DNA of 49,684 nucleotides, from positions 1-49,684 of the forward strand of contig DDJS01000042.1 of NCBI GenBank assembly GCA_002339165.1, written 5' to 3'. A model generated the notes under the pieces. The model was not told where the DNA came from, made no database searches, and worked only from the letters and a program-made list of their open reading frames with translations. Below, in pieces: positions 18,710 to 28,437 of this stretch. Every line of letters begins with the position of its first letter. The stretch's first letter is position 1. The stretch is from Cellvibrionales bacterium UBA2618. GTDB lineage: Bacteria > Pseudomonadota > Gammaproteobacteria > Pseudomonadales > Porticoccaceae. The position numbers and the translations under genes are program-made.

Positions 18710-20410
18710 ATGCCGGTATCTTCCCGAAGTCTCTCAACAACTGCGCTCGTGCTCAAAGTGATCTTTTGCTCGTTGTCGCTGCTGCTAGCATTGGCTCCTT
18801 ACCAGCTTGCATGGGCCGCGCCTGCCGTTGCTAATGAGGGACAAAGACAGCCCCTAAATACCGTAGCGATAGTGATGTTTGTGTTATTTGTTACTGCGAC
18901 AATTGTCATCAGTTATTGGGCGTCTAAACGGATACAGAGCAGCAGCGATTTTTACAACGCCGGAGGCAATCTTACCGGCCTGCAAAACGGGGCGGCCATT
19001 GCGGGTGACTTTATGTCCGCCGCATCATTTTTGGGAATTACCGGTTTGGTCTTTGCGTTTGGCTTTGACGGTTTAATTTTTGCCATTGGCGCCTTTGCTG
19101 GTTGGCCGATTATGCTGTTCTTATTTGCTAAACGCGTGCGCAATATAGGTAACTATACTTTTACTGATGTCGTCTCGCGACGATTGCAGCGAACCAAAAT
19201 TAGCGTGGTTGCGATAGTCGGCACCATAACCGTCGTGGTTATGTACTTGATTGCGCAAATGGTGGGTGCCGGTAAATTGATCGAACTATTATTCGGTCTT
19301 CCGTATGAAGTGGCTATTGTAACTGTCAGTACGCTAGTGATCGTTTATGTAACGTTTGGTGGCATGCTGGCAACAACTTGGGTTCAGATCATTAAAGCTA
19401 TTTTACTGTTGCTGGGTGCTACCATCATTGCCTTTTTGGTCATGTCTCATGTGGATTTCAGTCTCGAGGCACTGCTCAACGGTGCGTCGGAGGTGCACCC
19501 CAAGGGGCGCGCTATTTTGGTGCCTGGCGTGTTGTTTCAAGACCCAGTTCAGGTCGCGACCATTTTAGTCGCCATGATGTTTGGTCTGTTGGGCTTGCCT
19601 CATATTCTGATGCGTCTATTTACCGTGCCGAGTATGAAAGAAGCCAAACAATCAGTGTTTTATGCGTCTTTATTCATGGCATATTTTTATATGTTATTGG
19701 TGATTATTGGCTTTGGCACGGTCTTATTTCTCTACGATAATCCCTCGGTATTTATAGACGGAAAACTCTTGGGTGGCGGGAATATGGCGGCCATTCATTT
19801 ATCGAATGTCGTGGGCGGTGATCTATTAATGGGTTTTATATCGGCAGTGGCTTTCGCGACGATACTTGCTGTCGTTGCAGGACTGACGGTGTCGGGTGCA
19901 GCGGCAATATCGCATGACCTTTACGCCGGAATCATTTGTAAAGGAAACCCCGATCCTGAAAAAGAACTTAAGCTCACTCGGGCGACCAGTATCTGCATTG
20001 GTGTGATTGCGGTAGCGTTAGGCATTCTTTTTCAGAATGAAAACGTGGCTTTTCTCGCAACGATGCCCTTAGTTGTGGCGGCGTCGGTCAATTTTCCAAT
20101 TTTGTTTTTATCGTTATTTTGGTCCGGAACTACGACGCGAGGCGCTATCGTGGGTGCCACAATCGGACTGATTACATCCATTGGGTTAATCGTTGTTGGC
20201 CCTCAAGTATGGGTGTCCGTGCTGGGATTCGAGTCGCCGTTGTTCCCCTACAATTATCCGGCACTGTTTACTATGCCCTTAGCGTTTATAACGATGTGGT
20301 TTTTTTCTGTGACGGATAAATCAGCTCAAGCAACGCTAGATCGAAAAGCCTATCACGAACTATTGGTTAGCTCTGAATATGGTCCAACAGACAATCGCCT
20401 GAAAACCTGA
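18710..20410 (+). CDS. actP: Sodium:solute symporter, ActP family (probable phenylacetate/acetate permease)
   Basis: QNGAAIAGDFMSAASFLGI, YLIAQMVGAG, GGMLATTWVQIIKA, GLPHILMRLFTVP and AVAFATILAVVAGL motifs. Confidence 0.9.
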   Translation: MPVSSRSLSTTALVLKVIFCSLSLLLALAPYQLAWAAPAVANEGQRQPLNTVAIVMFVLFVTATIVISYWASKRIQSSSDFYNAGGNLTGLQNGAAIAGDFMSAASFLGITGLVFAFGFDGLIFAIGAFAGWPIMLFLFAKRVRNIGNYTFTDVVSRRLQRTKISVVAIVGTITVVVMYLIAQMVGAGKLIELLFGLPYEVAIVTVSTLVIVYVTFGGMLATTWVQIIKAILLLLGATIIAFLVMSHVDFSLEALLNGASEVHPKGRAILVPGVLFQDPVQVATILVAMMFGLLGLPHILMRLFTVPSMKEAKQSVFYASLFMAYFYMLLVIIGFGTVLFLYDNPSVFIDGKLLGGGNMAAIHLSNVVGGDLLMGFISAVAFATILAVVAGLTVSGAAAISHDLYAGIICKGNPDPEKELKLTRATSICIGVIAVALGILFQNENVAFLATMPLVVAASVNFPILFLSLFWSGTTTRGAIVGATIGLITSIGLIVVGPQVWVSVLGFESPLFPYNYPALFTMPLAFITMWFFSVTDKSAQATLDRKAYHELLVSSEYGPTDNRLKT

Positions 20411-20953
20411 TGGTAGCCGAAAGATGATAGCGGTTAGTCGACCGATCGCACGTTCGAAACATATGCTTTAGGGTTGGTCGAATGAGGCAACCACCACCCG
20501 AAGTCTAAGCGGTGCGTTGGAGAGTTTTTAATGCCGGCTGCGGCCATCTAGAAATGCGTTGTGGTTCTATGATGTACCAGCGTAATTTCGCATTGAGTGA
20601 GTGACCATGGTGCTATCCTATGGTTGGGTTAAAAATGTCAAGGAACCGACGAGTAGATTACTGTGGCCCTAGGGCTTACTCAGAAGCAGTGTTTTTGTTA
20701 TAGAACAGTTCAATGACAAGTTGGATGATATCGATATCAGAGAACAGGCAGGCAGAGGATTACTCGATCCACTCAGAGTCGATTATTTTGCCTCTCATAC
20801 CTCCGATCAACGCACTAGACTTTACTCTACTCTAATCCAGTATTCCTCAACGTGTCGCGAGATAACTTAGGCTCTTATACACCGAACTATTAATACACCC
20901 CATCACCGTAAAAAGTTGCCCGCCGGCACGCAGCTCGAATTTGCGTCGCAGTA

Positions 20954-21445
20954 TTACAAGTAAATCAAAATCGAGCGGTGGTCGGCGTCACAGTTGATTA
21001 AATCGACTCTCTTTTCGACAATTTCGTAGCCATTGTCGAGACGTCTTAGCTGATGGGTGTAAGTTCCCGCGAAGAGCGTTTGCTCTTGATAGTACACAAT
21101 TGCCTGAAAATTTGACTTGATTGTTATCATGGTCGCGCTGTCCGTCAGTACTCTAAAATTCCCCAACACATGCGAACAACGCAACGGATATTGCATCGAG
21201 GGCGCCAATCTGTGGCCAAAGTTTTCAACTCTGATGGCCATCATCATCTTATCTTCATACATCAGAGAGATATGATTGAGTGGGTCCTGCTGTTGCCAAC
21301 TCGCCGGCAACCAATACTTGCCGTCTTCGGCAAATAAGTCGCGCCACTGCCTGAGATTGCCCTGGTCGAGTAGCTCGGCTTCAGACCAAATAAATGCTTC
21401 GATTGCGCTTAAATCGACAACTGAAAACTGCTCATCCATGGTCAT
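20954..21445 (-). CDS. Aromatic ring-hydroxylating oxygenase beta subunit
   Basis: FIWSEAELLD...W..LF..DG.YW.P and KRVDLINCD motifs. Start set at ATG 21445, just after the alpha-subunit stop. Confidence 0.92.
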   Translation of the reverse strand: MTMDEQFSVVDLSAIEAFIWSEAELLDQGNLRQWRDLFAEDGKYWLPASWQQQDPLNHISLMYEDKMMMAIRVENFGHRLAPSMQYPLRCSHVLGNFRVLTDSATMITIKSNFQAIVYYQEQTLFAGTYTHQLRRLDNGYEIVEKRVDLINCDADHRSILIYL

Positions 21446-21446
21446 C

Positions 21447-22751
21447 TTACTGCGCCTCATCGAGTAGGTAATCGCACCAGGCACGGTACTGATTGCGGAC
21501 AGATTCATCGCTGGTGCCGGGCGCCACATGCACATTGCCGTCGGGTTCGTTACGCCCAAGATAGCGTCGCATGTCGACCCATGTGGATGCATCCGAGTGC
21601 AGTGATTGTTGCATTCGTCGATAACAATCCCAATCATCTGGACCGACCATAGAACCTGGCGAGTTGATTAACCTGGAATAGGTGATGGTCCGGTGCAGCA
21701 TTTCGTCAGGTGCGCCCTTTAATTTAAAGTGCCATGTCTCTACCAGCGTTTTATCCACCGCTATAGGGCGCGCCACACGCACGATCTGGATCGCATCTTT
21801 AACGGTGAAACTTGGGTACACCGTAGTGTTGTGGCGCTGTTGCGAGAGTATCTCGGTAGTTCGCTGCTCGCCGTAAGACGCCTGCATGGCATCCATGTAG
21901 CCCGCTATCTCTGAATAAGACGAATGGATACTGCCTTTACCGCCCATAAAACAGTGGCCGTAGGGCATGGTTCTGGAGCCCATACTGTCAAAAAACTCGT
22001 AAGAGCCGCCAAACGGCGAAATAATTTCTGCCTCGCTGGGTACCGGACTGCCCTCCGGCAGAGACTCGACCACTTTGCGCGTAGCGTGGCCAACCGATGC
22101 ATGCGCGACCATTGGATGGACTGCATCATTGAGGTTTTCGACAAACATCTTCCAGTTACAGTCGTGCATATAAGGTAGAGGGGCACCGGCGACTTCAACC
22201 TCGCCTTGGGGTGAACGATCGCACATGTTGTTAATGGTCAAAGCAGTGTCACCCAAAAAGGCCAACAAGTCGGGGCCCTCGGGAGATAAACAGGCAAACA
22301 CAAAGCCACGGCAGGCGTCGATCCGCGCTACCGATTGCATGCTGAAACACGGGTTGTCGATGTCAAAATCGGTGTTTTCATAACCACAGGCGTGCGGCGT
22401 GGCCTGCAATTTACCGTCTAACCTATAGGTCCATCCATGGTACGGACAGCGAAACACACGCGCGCTGCCGGCGCGTTGTGTCACAACTTTCGCACCTTTG
22501 TGACCGCAGCGGTTGTACAACACCTGCACCCGATTATTTTTATCTCGCGCCATCACCACCGGTTCGAGACCCACTGTGGTAGTGATATAGTCGCCGATGT
22601 TTGCAACTTGCGATTCGTGGCCCACGTAAACCCATGCGCGCCGCCACAGGCGCTCCATTTCCAAGTCAAATATTTGTGGGTCGGTATACACATCTCGGTG
22701 CACTCGGTGCGGTTCAACTAAGCGTTGCAACTCTAGCGATGTGTAACTCAT
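21447..22751 (-). CDS. Rieske aromatic ring-hydroxylating oxygenase alpha subunit
   Basis: Rieske motif NRCGHKG...CPYHGW; mononuclear Fe site ENLNDAVHPMVAH...PDD. Confidence 0.95.
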   Translation of the reverse strand: MSYTSLELQRLVEPHRVHRDVYTDPQIFDLEMERLWRRAWVYVGHESQVANIGDYITTTVGLEPVVMARDKNNRVQVLYNRCGHKGAKVVTQRAGSARVFRCPYHGWTYRLDGKLQATPHACGYENTDFDIDNPCFSMQSVARIDACRGFVFACLSPEGPDLLAFLGDTALTINNMCDRSPQGEVEVAGAPLPYMHDCNWKMFVENLNDAVHPMVAHASVGHATRKVVESLPEGSPVPSEAEIISPFGGSYEFFDSMGSRTMPYGHCFMGGKGSIHSSYSEIAGYMDAMQASYGEQRTTEILSQQRHNTTVYPSFTVKDAIQIVRVARPIAVDKTLVETWHFKLKGAPDEMLHRTITYSRLINSPGSMVGPDDWDCYRRMQQSLHSDASTWVDMRRYLGRNEPDGNVHVAPGTSDESVRNQYRAWCDYLLDEAQ

Positions 22752-22776
22752 GACAATACCCCTCTTTTAGACCGAT

Positions 22777-23508
22777 TCACGACAGGGATAATCCACCGAG
22801 ACTGGCTCCCCCGCAGACAAACAAATTTTGCCCGGTGATAAATTGATTTTCTTCGCTACTAAAAAACAATACCGCGCGCGCCACATCGTCTGGCGAGCCG
22901 ACGCGACCCACGGGGAGACCCTGGCCGATGCCATCGATTTTAGGGTCGCCTTCGGCAAACACCCTGTGAAACATCTCGGTCGCCTGAATAGGGCCTGGCG
23001 CGACCGAGTTCACGGTGATTCCGAAGCCACCCAGTTCAATCGCCCAGGTTCTCGCCTGAGCAATCATCGCGGCCTTGGTAGCGGCGTAGTTCGTCCGGCC
23101 ATGCATGCCCTGTACAGCGCGCGTTGAGATCAACACCACCCGGCCATAGCCGTGCTGTTTCATGTTTGGCAAACAGGCTTGCAGTAAGGTGATGCCGGTC
23201 GCCAAATGTACATTGCAAAGATAGTCAAGATCGTCCAGTTGGACCTCATCGAGGGGAGCGCTGCGGATCAAGCCGGCGTTGTGCACCAGGGTATCGACGT
23301 TGTAGCTCGCGCAAATGGTGCGGGCCAGAGCCGCAGTCGCATGGCGATCGGACAGATCGATAGAAAAATTGTGCAAATTTGGCGACTCAATAACCAAAGG
23401 TCGCCGCGCAAGGTTGAGCACGCGATAGTTTATCGCCAGATAATGCTCGCAGATGGCCCGACCTATGCCACTGCTGCCGCCGGTTACTATCACTGTATGA
23501 TTTGCCAT
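22777..23508 (-). CDS. SDR-family oxidoreductase
   Basis: TGGSSGIG, HNAG, YAATK and VNSVAPG motifs. Confidence 0.93.
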   Translation of the reverse strand: MANHTVIVTGGSSGIGRAICEHYLAINYRVLNLARRPLVIESPNLHNFSIDLSDRHATAALARTICASYNVDTLVHNAGLIRSAPLDEVQLDDLDYLCNVHLATGITLLQACLPNMKQHGYGRVVLISTRAVQGMHGRTNYAATKAAMIAQARTWAIELGGFGITVNSVAPGPIQATEMFHRVFAEGDPKIDGIGQGLPVGRVGSPDDVARAVLFFSSEENQFITGQNLFVCGGASLGGLSLS

Positions 23509-23520
23509 AACACATTATCC

Positions 23521-23853
23521 TCACGGTTGGCGTGATGCCTGTAAAAGTTCACTTCCGTCGCTTTGCAGGGCATTTTTCACCGAGACCGGCATGCCTGACC
23601 GTATGCCTAAATCTTTGATGTGCACCAGCACTGTGGGCCCACAATCCAGTTTTACCGTGCCGATTCGCCAGGGTAATTGTTGCGTAAAACGAGCTTCAAG
23701 GCTGTGGTGCAAATCGCTGGCAGCGACCAATATACCTGGGTGACAGAATGCCAAGTCAGTCAACTGATCTCCCAGGCAGTGCCCGCATAGGTGTCTTTGC
23801 GGATATTGATAACGCTGGCATTCAGTGCATTGCTGTAATAACGATGGCATCAT
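23521..23853 (-). CDS. DUF35 Zn-ribbon/OB-fold protein
   Basis: QQCTECQRYQYPQRHLCGHC Zn-ribbon and PWRIGTVKLDCGP motifs; ATGA overlap with the upstream thiolase-fold gene. Confidence 0.87.
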   Translation of the reverse strand: MMPSLLQQCTECQRYQYPQRHLCGHCLGDQLTDLAFCHPGILVAASDLHHSLEARFTQQLPWRIGTVKLDCGPTVLVHIKDLGIRSGMPVSVKNALQSDGSELLQASRQP

Positions 23854-25022
23854 GCGCACCGCTTTAATATGGCGGCGGTGCTGCAAAGACCGCGATCGTA
23901 GTTGACCATGCCATAACCACTCACCAAGCCCGTTTTGGCGTTGGCTACCTGATTGGCTCCGCTGCGCTGCAAGATTTGCCTGAGGGTTTCAACCACGCCC
24001 AAAAAGCCGCAGCCCGCCTGACCCACAGACAGCTGACCGCCATTGGTGTTGTGCGGTAGACCACCGCCGTCAAAGGTCAGAGCGGTGCTGTTGACCCAGC
24101 GCGCAGCTTCCCCTAATGGGCAAAAGCCCAAGCCCTCCAACTGGTGCATCACGATCACCGGGTAGTCGTCGTAGGTTTGTAGACAATCTATGGCCTCGGG
24201 ACCAATCCCTGCTTGGTCGTACAGGTCGTCTTTAAACTCGCACCAACCGCCTTTGATTTGAATGGCGTCTTCAGAAAAACTGTTGTAACGCTCATCAGCA
24301 GCGAGCAGTTCGGCGAATGGTAGCCCCAGAGCCTTTGCTCGTTCTACGCTGGTCACCAAGTATCCATCGGCGCCCGCGCAGGGCATCACGCAGTCGTAGA
24401 GATGCAGCGGGCCGGCGATTTTCCGGGCGTCGAGATACTCGTTGATCGACAAGGTTTTATTGCCAAACAAGGCCCCCGGATAGTAATTGGCGTTGTAGCG
24501 CTGGCTCACCGCGATCTGCCCGAAGTCGGCGCGGGTGGCGCCGTGGACATCCATATAGTGTTGGGTGATGAGTGAAAAGGGCGCGTTGGGTCCCGCCGCA
24601 CCATAGGGGTAGACCGCGGCATTAGAAAACTCGCTAAAGTTACTCACCAAGTGGGCGAAACTCTGCGGGTTTGCCGTGTCGCCACCGATACAGGCGACTA
24701 TTTCAGCATCGCCGGATTGAATCGCTCGGGCCGCCTTGCGCAACGCCACAACGCCGGATGCGCCGCCCACACTGACCTGCTCTAACCAGCGCAAGCGTAG
24801 GCCCAAATTTTCTACCAAACTGACGGGTGAATCGGGTGCTAACGTAAAGCTCGAAATACTCAGCCCATCGATCGCCTGTTTTTGGAGACCCGCCTCAACG
24901 ATCAATTTTCGCAACGCGCTTCCAATGAACCAGTCGGCCCCCCGCGTGCTGCTGCGCTCGTAGGGCACAGTAACCGGCGCGATCACGGCAACGCCACTGT
25001 AATCAAGGACCTTGGGACTCAA
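23850..25022 (-). CDS. SCP2/Ltp2-type thiolase-fold protein, probable retro-aldolase
   Basis: Thiolase fold with GGASG at the nucleophile-Cys position, QTYDDYP and NTNGGQLS; paired with DUF35. Confidence 0.85.
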   Translation of the reverse strand: MSPKVLDYSGVAVIAPVTVPYERSSTRGADWFIGSALRKLIVEAGLQKQAIDGLSISSFTLAPDSPVSLVENLGLRLRWLEQVSVGGASGVVALRKAARAIQSGDAEIVACIGGDTANPQSFAHLVSNFSEFSNAAVYPYGAAGPNAPFSLITQHYMDVHGATRADFGQIAVSQRYNANYYPGALFGNKTLSINEYLDARKIAGPLHLYDCVMPCAGADGYLVTSVERAKALGLPFAELLAADERYNSFSEDAIQIKGGWCEFKDDLYDQAGIGPEAIDCLQTYDDYPVIVMHQLEGLGFCPLGEAARWVNSTALTFDGGGLPHNTNGGQLSVGQAGCGFLGVVETLRQILQRSGANQVANAKTGLVSGYGMVNYDRGLCSTAAILKRCA

Positions 25023-26674
25023 ATTGTCACCTTCTTTGCCGGGCGCTTTTTACCCGCGCGAAGATCCTCACACTGACCCGTTTGAAGCAATTTTTCACAG
25101 AGTATTTTGAGCTCCGCTCGTCGCGGTTTTTTCGACGCTGTAAGGGGCAACTCTGGCACCACGGCAAGGTAACCGGGGGCCTTGTAGTAGACCATTTTTG
25201 TCAGGCAAAACGACAGGATGTCGGTGGCCAAACCAACATTTTGAAGGCTGTCGCTGTTGATGACAATCAGCGCCATGACCTCTTCGCCACGAATTTCATC
25301 GGCCACTGGCGCAACCGCGACTTGCGCCACCCAAGGGTGTTGCGCGATGAAGCCCTCGACTTCGAGGCAGGAGATGTTTTCGCCACTGCGACGAATGATG
25401 TTCTTTTTACGATCGACAAAATGGTACTGACCATCCTCGCCTTGACGGGCGATATCGCCCGTATTCAAATAGCCCTGCCGCCACGTATCAGCGGTGGCCT
25501 GGGGGTCTTTGAGGTACCCATAAAAGAAACCTTTGCGCGGTGATGGTCCCTTGCGGCGCACCCATAACTCGCCGGCTTCACCCATGGGCACTTCAATACC
25601 CTGCTCGTCAACGAGCATAACATCAAGTTCTGGTGACGCTCGGCCAAAGCAACAACTGCCTACGTGGCGGGGCTCACGATTGGCTGCTATGGCGCCGCTG
25701 CAGCCGCTTTCGGTCATTGCCCAAGCCTCTACCAGAGGTATCTCAAAGCGCGCCTCAAACGGCGCCTGATGGCACGGATTGACACCAGCGCCAAAGCCAA
25801 ACTTCACCTGGTGTTGAGAGTCTGATAGCTGTTGTTCCATCTGCAATAGCAGTGCCGGCATGATTCCTAAATAATGAATAATGGTCGCTTGAGTGTCACG
25901 CACCGTTGACCACCAAGAGCTCGGGTGAAAGCGCTCGAGCTGAATCAGACAACCGCCGGTCATCAGCATCGCCATCGTCGACGTGGCCATGGCGTTCATA
26001 TGAAACAGCGGCAGCGGTGTCAGCAACCGCTCCGCACCAGAGGTCATTGCACACAGGCCACCGAGCGAACTGTACCACTGGCCACTGGTGATAAAGTAGT
26101 CATTGGTGAGTACACAGCCTTTCGGTTTTCCGGTACTGCCCGAGGTGTACAACACTGCGCACTCGCGGTGTAAGCCATCTGCGTCAGCTGAGAGTGGATC
26201 ATGATCGATCGAGCTTGTGACCTTGGGTCGCGTCTGACCATCGGTATAAATCGGCACCGTCAGACTTTCGGCATCGATAATATTTTTTAGCATCGCGGTA
26301 TGATCTGACAGGCAGGTGATCAAACAACAATCGCTGTGCCCGATAAGATGGGCTATTTCGTCGGGCATTAATTCAGCGTTTACCGGCACAACGCTCACCC
26401 CGAGTGCGTTCAAAGCAAACCAATGCACAAAAAATGCTGGACGGTTTTCTAACATTAGCGCAACCCGCTGCCCAACCCGATAGCCGGCATCCGCATAGCC
26501 ATCTCGGCATTGATCAACGCGCTGTAATAATTGCCGGTATGTTAGATCGATAGAACTGTCGCTGTAGTTGGAACACGCGACTATGGGGATATGTAAAAAG
26601 TGGTTTTGTGGATATTTTTCTGCCGTTGATCGAACTAGGTCATAGAGCGTATTTTGACCATCTGGGGTTGCCAT
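25019..26674 (-). CDS. AMP-forming acyl-CoA ligase (CaiC-like)
   Basis: YTSGSTGKPKG, LPLFHMNA, EAWAMTE, TGD and DRKKNIIRRSGENIS motifs. Confidence 0.93.
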   Translation of the reverse strand: MATPDGQNTLYDLVRSTAEKYPQNHFLHIPIVACSNYSDSSIDLTYRQLLQRVDQCRDGYADAGYRVGQRVALMLENRPAFFVHWFALNALGVSVVPVNAELMPDEIAHLIGHSDCCLITCLSDHTAMLKNIIDAESLTVPIYTDGQTRPKVTSSIDHDPLSADADGLHRECAVLYTSGSTGKPKGCVLTNDYFITSGQWYSSLGGLCAMTSGAERLLTPLPLFHMNAMATSTMAMLMTGGCLIQLERFHPSSWWSTVRDTQATIIHYLGIMPALLLQMEQQLSDSQHQVKFGFGAGVNPCHQAPFEARFEIPLVEAWAMTESGCSGAIAANREPRHVGSCCFGRASPELDVMLVDEQGIEVPMGEAGELWVRRKGPSPRKGFFYGYLKDPQATADTWRQGYLNTGDIARQGEDGQYHFVDRKKNIIRRSGENISCLEVEGFIAQHPWVAQVAVAPVADEIRGEEVMALIVINSDSLQNVGLATDILSFCLTKMVYYKAPGYLAVVPELPLTASKKPRRAELKILCEKLLQTGQCEDLRAGKKRPAKKVTI

Positions 26675-26750
26675 AATCCATCCTTCTTGTCGATTGCAGC
26701 AATGGTAACGGTATTTGTGTCAACAAAATAATCAATAATTAATACCTCAA

Positions 26751-27677
26751 TTATTCGTTTTTTATATATCTCGGCGGAGTTTTGCACAAAGTGATAATGA
26801 TATCGCGCAACCATTGATGCGCGGGTTCTTGGTTTACGCGAGTGTGCCACATAAGATAGTAGTGGGCGACCCAATCGGGCAGCGGCACAGGCAATATGGC
26901 TAGATCGTGCAGGGCCGCAAAGTGGTGGGCTACCCGCTCGGGCAGGCAACAAATTAAATCGGACGTTTGAACCAGATAGGGCATGTTAAAGAAGCTTGGT
27001 ACTTTCATCGCATGATTGCGCCGTATGTCTTGCTGAATCAGGTATTCGTCGAGCTGCGAAACGCGACCTCCCTGTGGGTACAATACGATATGCTCGGCGC
27101 GTAAAAACTGTTGTAGGGAGAGGGTTTTATGGATGTCAGGATGGCCTCTGCGCACCAGACACCAGGCTTTTTCTTTATTTAACACGATACTGCTAAAATC
27201 GCTGTCGGTGATCGGTATATTGTCAATAACAAAATCGACTTGGCCAAAGCGCATTTTTTCGCACAGGTCGACCTCGTATTGCGGCCATACATTGATTCGA
27301 GCAGATGAACCTAGTGCTTGCAGATGTTCCAGCAGAGCTGGAATAACCGTAATGCCCCCGTAGTCGATCGATGCGATACAAAACGTTTTTTGGGTTGTCG
27401 ATGGATCAAATAAATGCGACGGCGCTAGCGTCGCGCTAATTTGATTTAAAATGTCCCTGATCGGTTGCTGCAGTTCCAAGGCCTTGGGCGTGGGTCGAAC
27501 GCCGCGTCCGGTTCGCACGAACAATTCATCTTTTAACACCAACCGCAAACGCGCCAAAGCGGCACTAATCGCGGGTTGGCTCATACCGATATGTGCCGCC
27601 GCGCGAGACAGGTTTTGCTCGGTGATCACTGCATCAAAAATGGTCAGTAAGTTTAAATCTACGCTGCGAAGATTCAT
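26751..27677 (-). CDS. LysR-family regulator (LeuO/NodD-like)
   Basis: DLNLLTIFDAV...SRAA...SQPAISAALARLR...DELFVRTGRG motif. Confidence 0.95.
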   Translation of the reverse strand: MNLRSVDLNLLTIFDAVITEQNLSRAAAHIGMSQPAISAALARLRLVLKDELFVRTGRGVRPTPKALELQQPIRDILNQISATLAPSHLFDPSTTQKTFCIASIDYGGITVIPALLEHLQALGSSARINVWPQYEVDLCEKMRFGQVDFVIDNIPITDSDFSSIVLNKEKAWCLVRRGHPDIHKTLSLQQFLRAEHIVLYPQGGRVSQLDEYLIQQDIRRNHAMKVPSFFNMPYLVQTSDLICCLPERVAHHFAALHDLAILPVPLPDWVAHYYLMWHTRVNQEPAHQWLRDIIITLCKTPPRYIKNE

Positions 27678-28437
27678 ATCTATATCCGTCGATGAAATGG
27701 TCGATCTCAGTCATAATAGCCACATAAGAGCAGCGCATCTATCGTTCTAAAACCACCGGTCCAACTACTTTGACAAATCATACCGCACACCTTGGTGACT
27801 GCAGCATTTGACGGACGCAACACAGCAGACAAAAACACGGTCGCAGTGAATTATCTGATCAACATCATTTACAGTGTGATGTGCGTGTCACACGCCGCGA
27901 GATTTCACCCCGAGTTGTTCTGTCCCACGCGGCGGGAGTGATAATCCGTGGGACTTTATGCGATGAGCTTTACCAGCTTCGGCTGCATCAGAAATGGCTG
28001 AGGGCTTGCGTTTCTGAGCTAGTATGACAGTAGCAGCCCTGCCAAATAAAACCACACAATTCTGGTTTTGAGGTTAGATGAATTTTGCTAAAAAGCTGTG
28101 CGGTTTGCGTGAGAAAAAAATCCTTTTAAGGTGTGTTGTGCTGCGTTGAGAGCACGGTTGAAATTACTGGCTAGGGCTTCTAATGGTGCATTAACCACGC
28201 TATCAATGGGGTCTGGGCAATCGCTGTGCCTGTGATTTAAACATCATCGATGATTGAACCAATTCGCTTGGACTGATTATCTGTCACCCAGCGCATTTTT
28301 TCACCTAGCACAAGGGTGGCACAGCGACATAACATGTTCGATAAAACCAGATTTAATCTAGGGGCTCAATCAACTCTTATTACTCATCAATTAAACCTCA
28401 CTGTTATTACTCTTTTGCTGGCACAGTCGATACGCTT

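Noticed and set aside
23521-25022. PhlBC-type acyltransferase or archaeal-type thiolase/HMG-CoA synthase complex
   Set aside because: There is no PhlA/HMGS partner and the catalytic Cys motif is absent.
27874-27893. CRP site
   Set aside because: The TGTGA/TCACA spacer is 8 nt instead of the canonical 6.
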